A stretch of 64,000 nt of DNA from Clostridia bacterium (GTDB lineage: Bacteria; Bacillota; Clostridia; Christensenellales; Borkfalkiaceae). Under the pieces are notes generated by a model. It made no database searches. It was not told the DNA's origin and saw only the letters and a program-made list of their open reading frames with translations. Positions within the stretch are counted from its first letter, which is position 1, and the number at the start of each line of letters is the position of its first letter. Made by a program: the position numbers and the translations under genes. Location: positions 545-64,544 of the forward strand of contig JAFSRT010000013.1 in assembly GCA_017445995.1 (NCBI GenBank). Direction: 5' to 3'. This document shows positions 63,914 through 64,000 of the stretch, one piece after another.

Positions 63914-63987
63914 TGGAGCAGGTAATGGGAGTCGGACCCACCTCCGAAGCTTGGGAAGCTCCTATACTACCGATGTACTATACCTGC
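63914..63987 (-). tRNA. tRNA-Gly (anticodon CCC), encoded CCA, with an unusual T-loop
   Basis: The reverse complement is GCAGGTA-TA-GTAC-ATCGGTA-GTAT-A-GGAGC-TTCCCAA-GCTTC-GGAG-GTGGG-TCCGACT-CCCAT-TACCTGC-T-CCA. Discriminator U fits bacterial Gly. The T-loop reads TCCGACT rather than TTCGAAT-like. Confidence 0.8.
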
Positions 63988-64000
63988 AAACGCTTTACAA

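Noticed and set aside
1-64000. Mobile elements, prophage, CRISPR-Cas or classical defence islands
   Set aside because: I could not recognise an integrase, transposase, recombinase, reverse transcriptase, Cas, restriction endonuclease, toxin-antitoxin pair or phage structural gene in any of the six frames. Gene order is largely housekeeping and sporulation.

Overview
This is a 64-kb chromosomal segment from a low-GC, endospore-forming Firmicute that looks Clostridia-like. All family assignments come from reading the translations by eye; no searches were run. I can support about 57 protein genes and 2 tRNAs (Ser-CGA, Gly-CCC). I see no rRNA, CRISPR array, integrase, transposase, reverse transcriptase or phage genes.

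Most genes are housekeeping: lgt, trkA-trkH, thyA-folA, serA-serC, RNase J, feoAB, a type IIA topoisomerase pair, ychF, argS, rho, ddh, pgk-tpiA and hpt. Sporulation and germination genes are interleaved with them: yabP-yabQ-divIC-like, a gerA-type operon, pro-sigK, spoIIE and spoVT.

The only clearly accessory-looking part is the left end. It holds a giant LRR plus 14-repeat surface protein (5'-truncated by the window edge) and a divergent HTH or sigma-like gene, both abutting the 3' side of tRNA-Ser.

I found no obvious defence island. The items most worth a second look are:
- an uncharacterised radical-SAM plus TIGR03915-like DNA-metabolism gene pair behind a promoter overlapped by a LexA-type box
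- an orphan beta-class DNA methyltransferase tightly coupled to rho
- an unexplained ~90-nt structured element between the feo operon and the topoisomerase genes
- a type IIA topoisomerase A subunit with no GyrA box
- two candidate leaderless mRNAs (trkA, gerAA)
- a 669-aa membrane protein with an acidic tract and a 69-bp tandem duplication encoding a Pro/Tyr-rich unit
- a tRNA-Gly with a non-canonical T-loop
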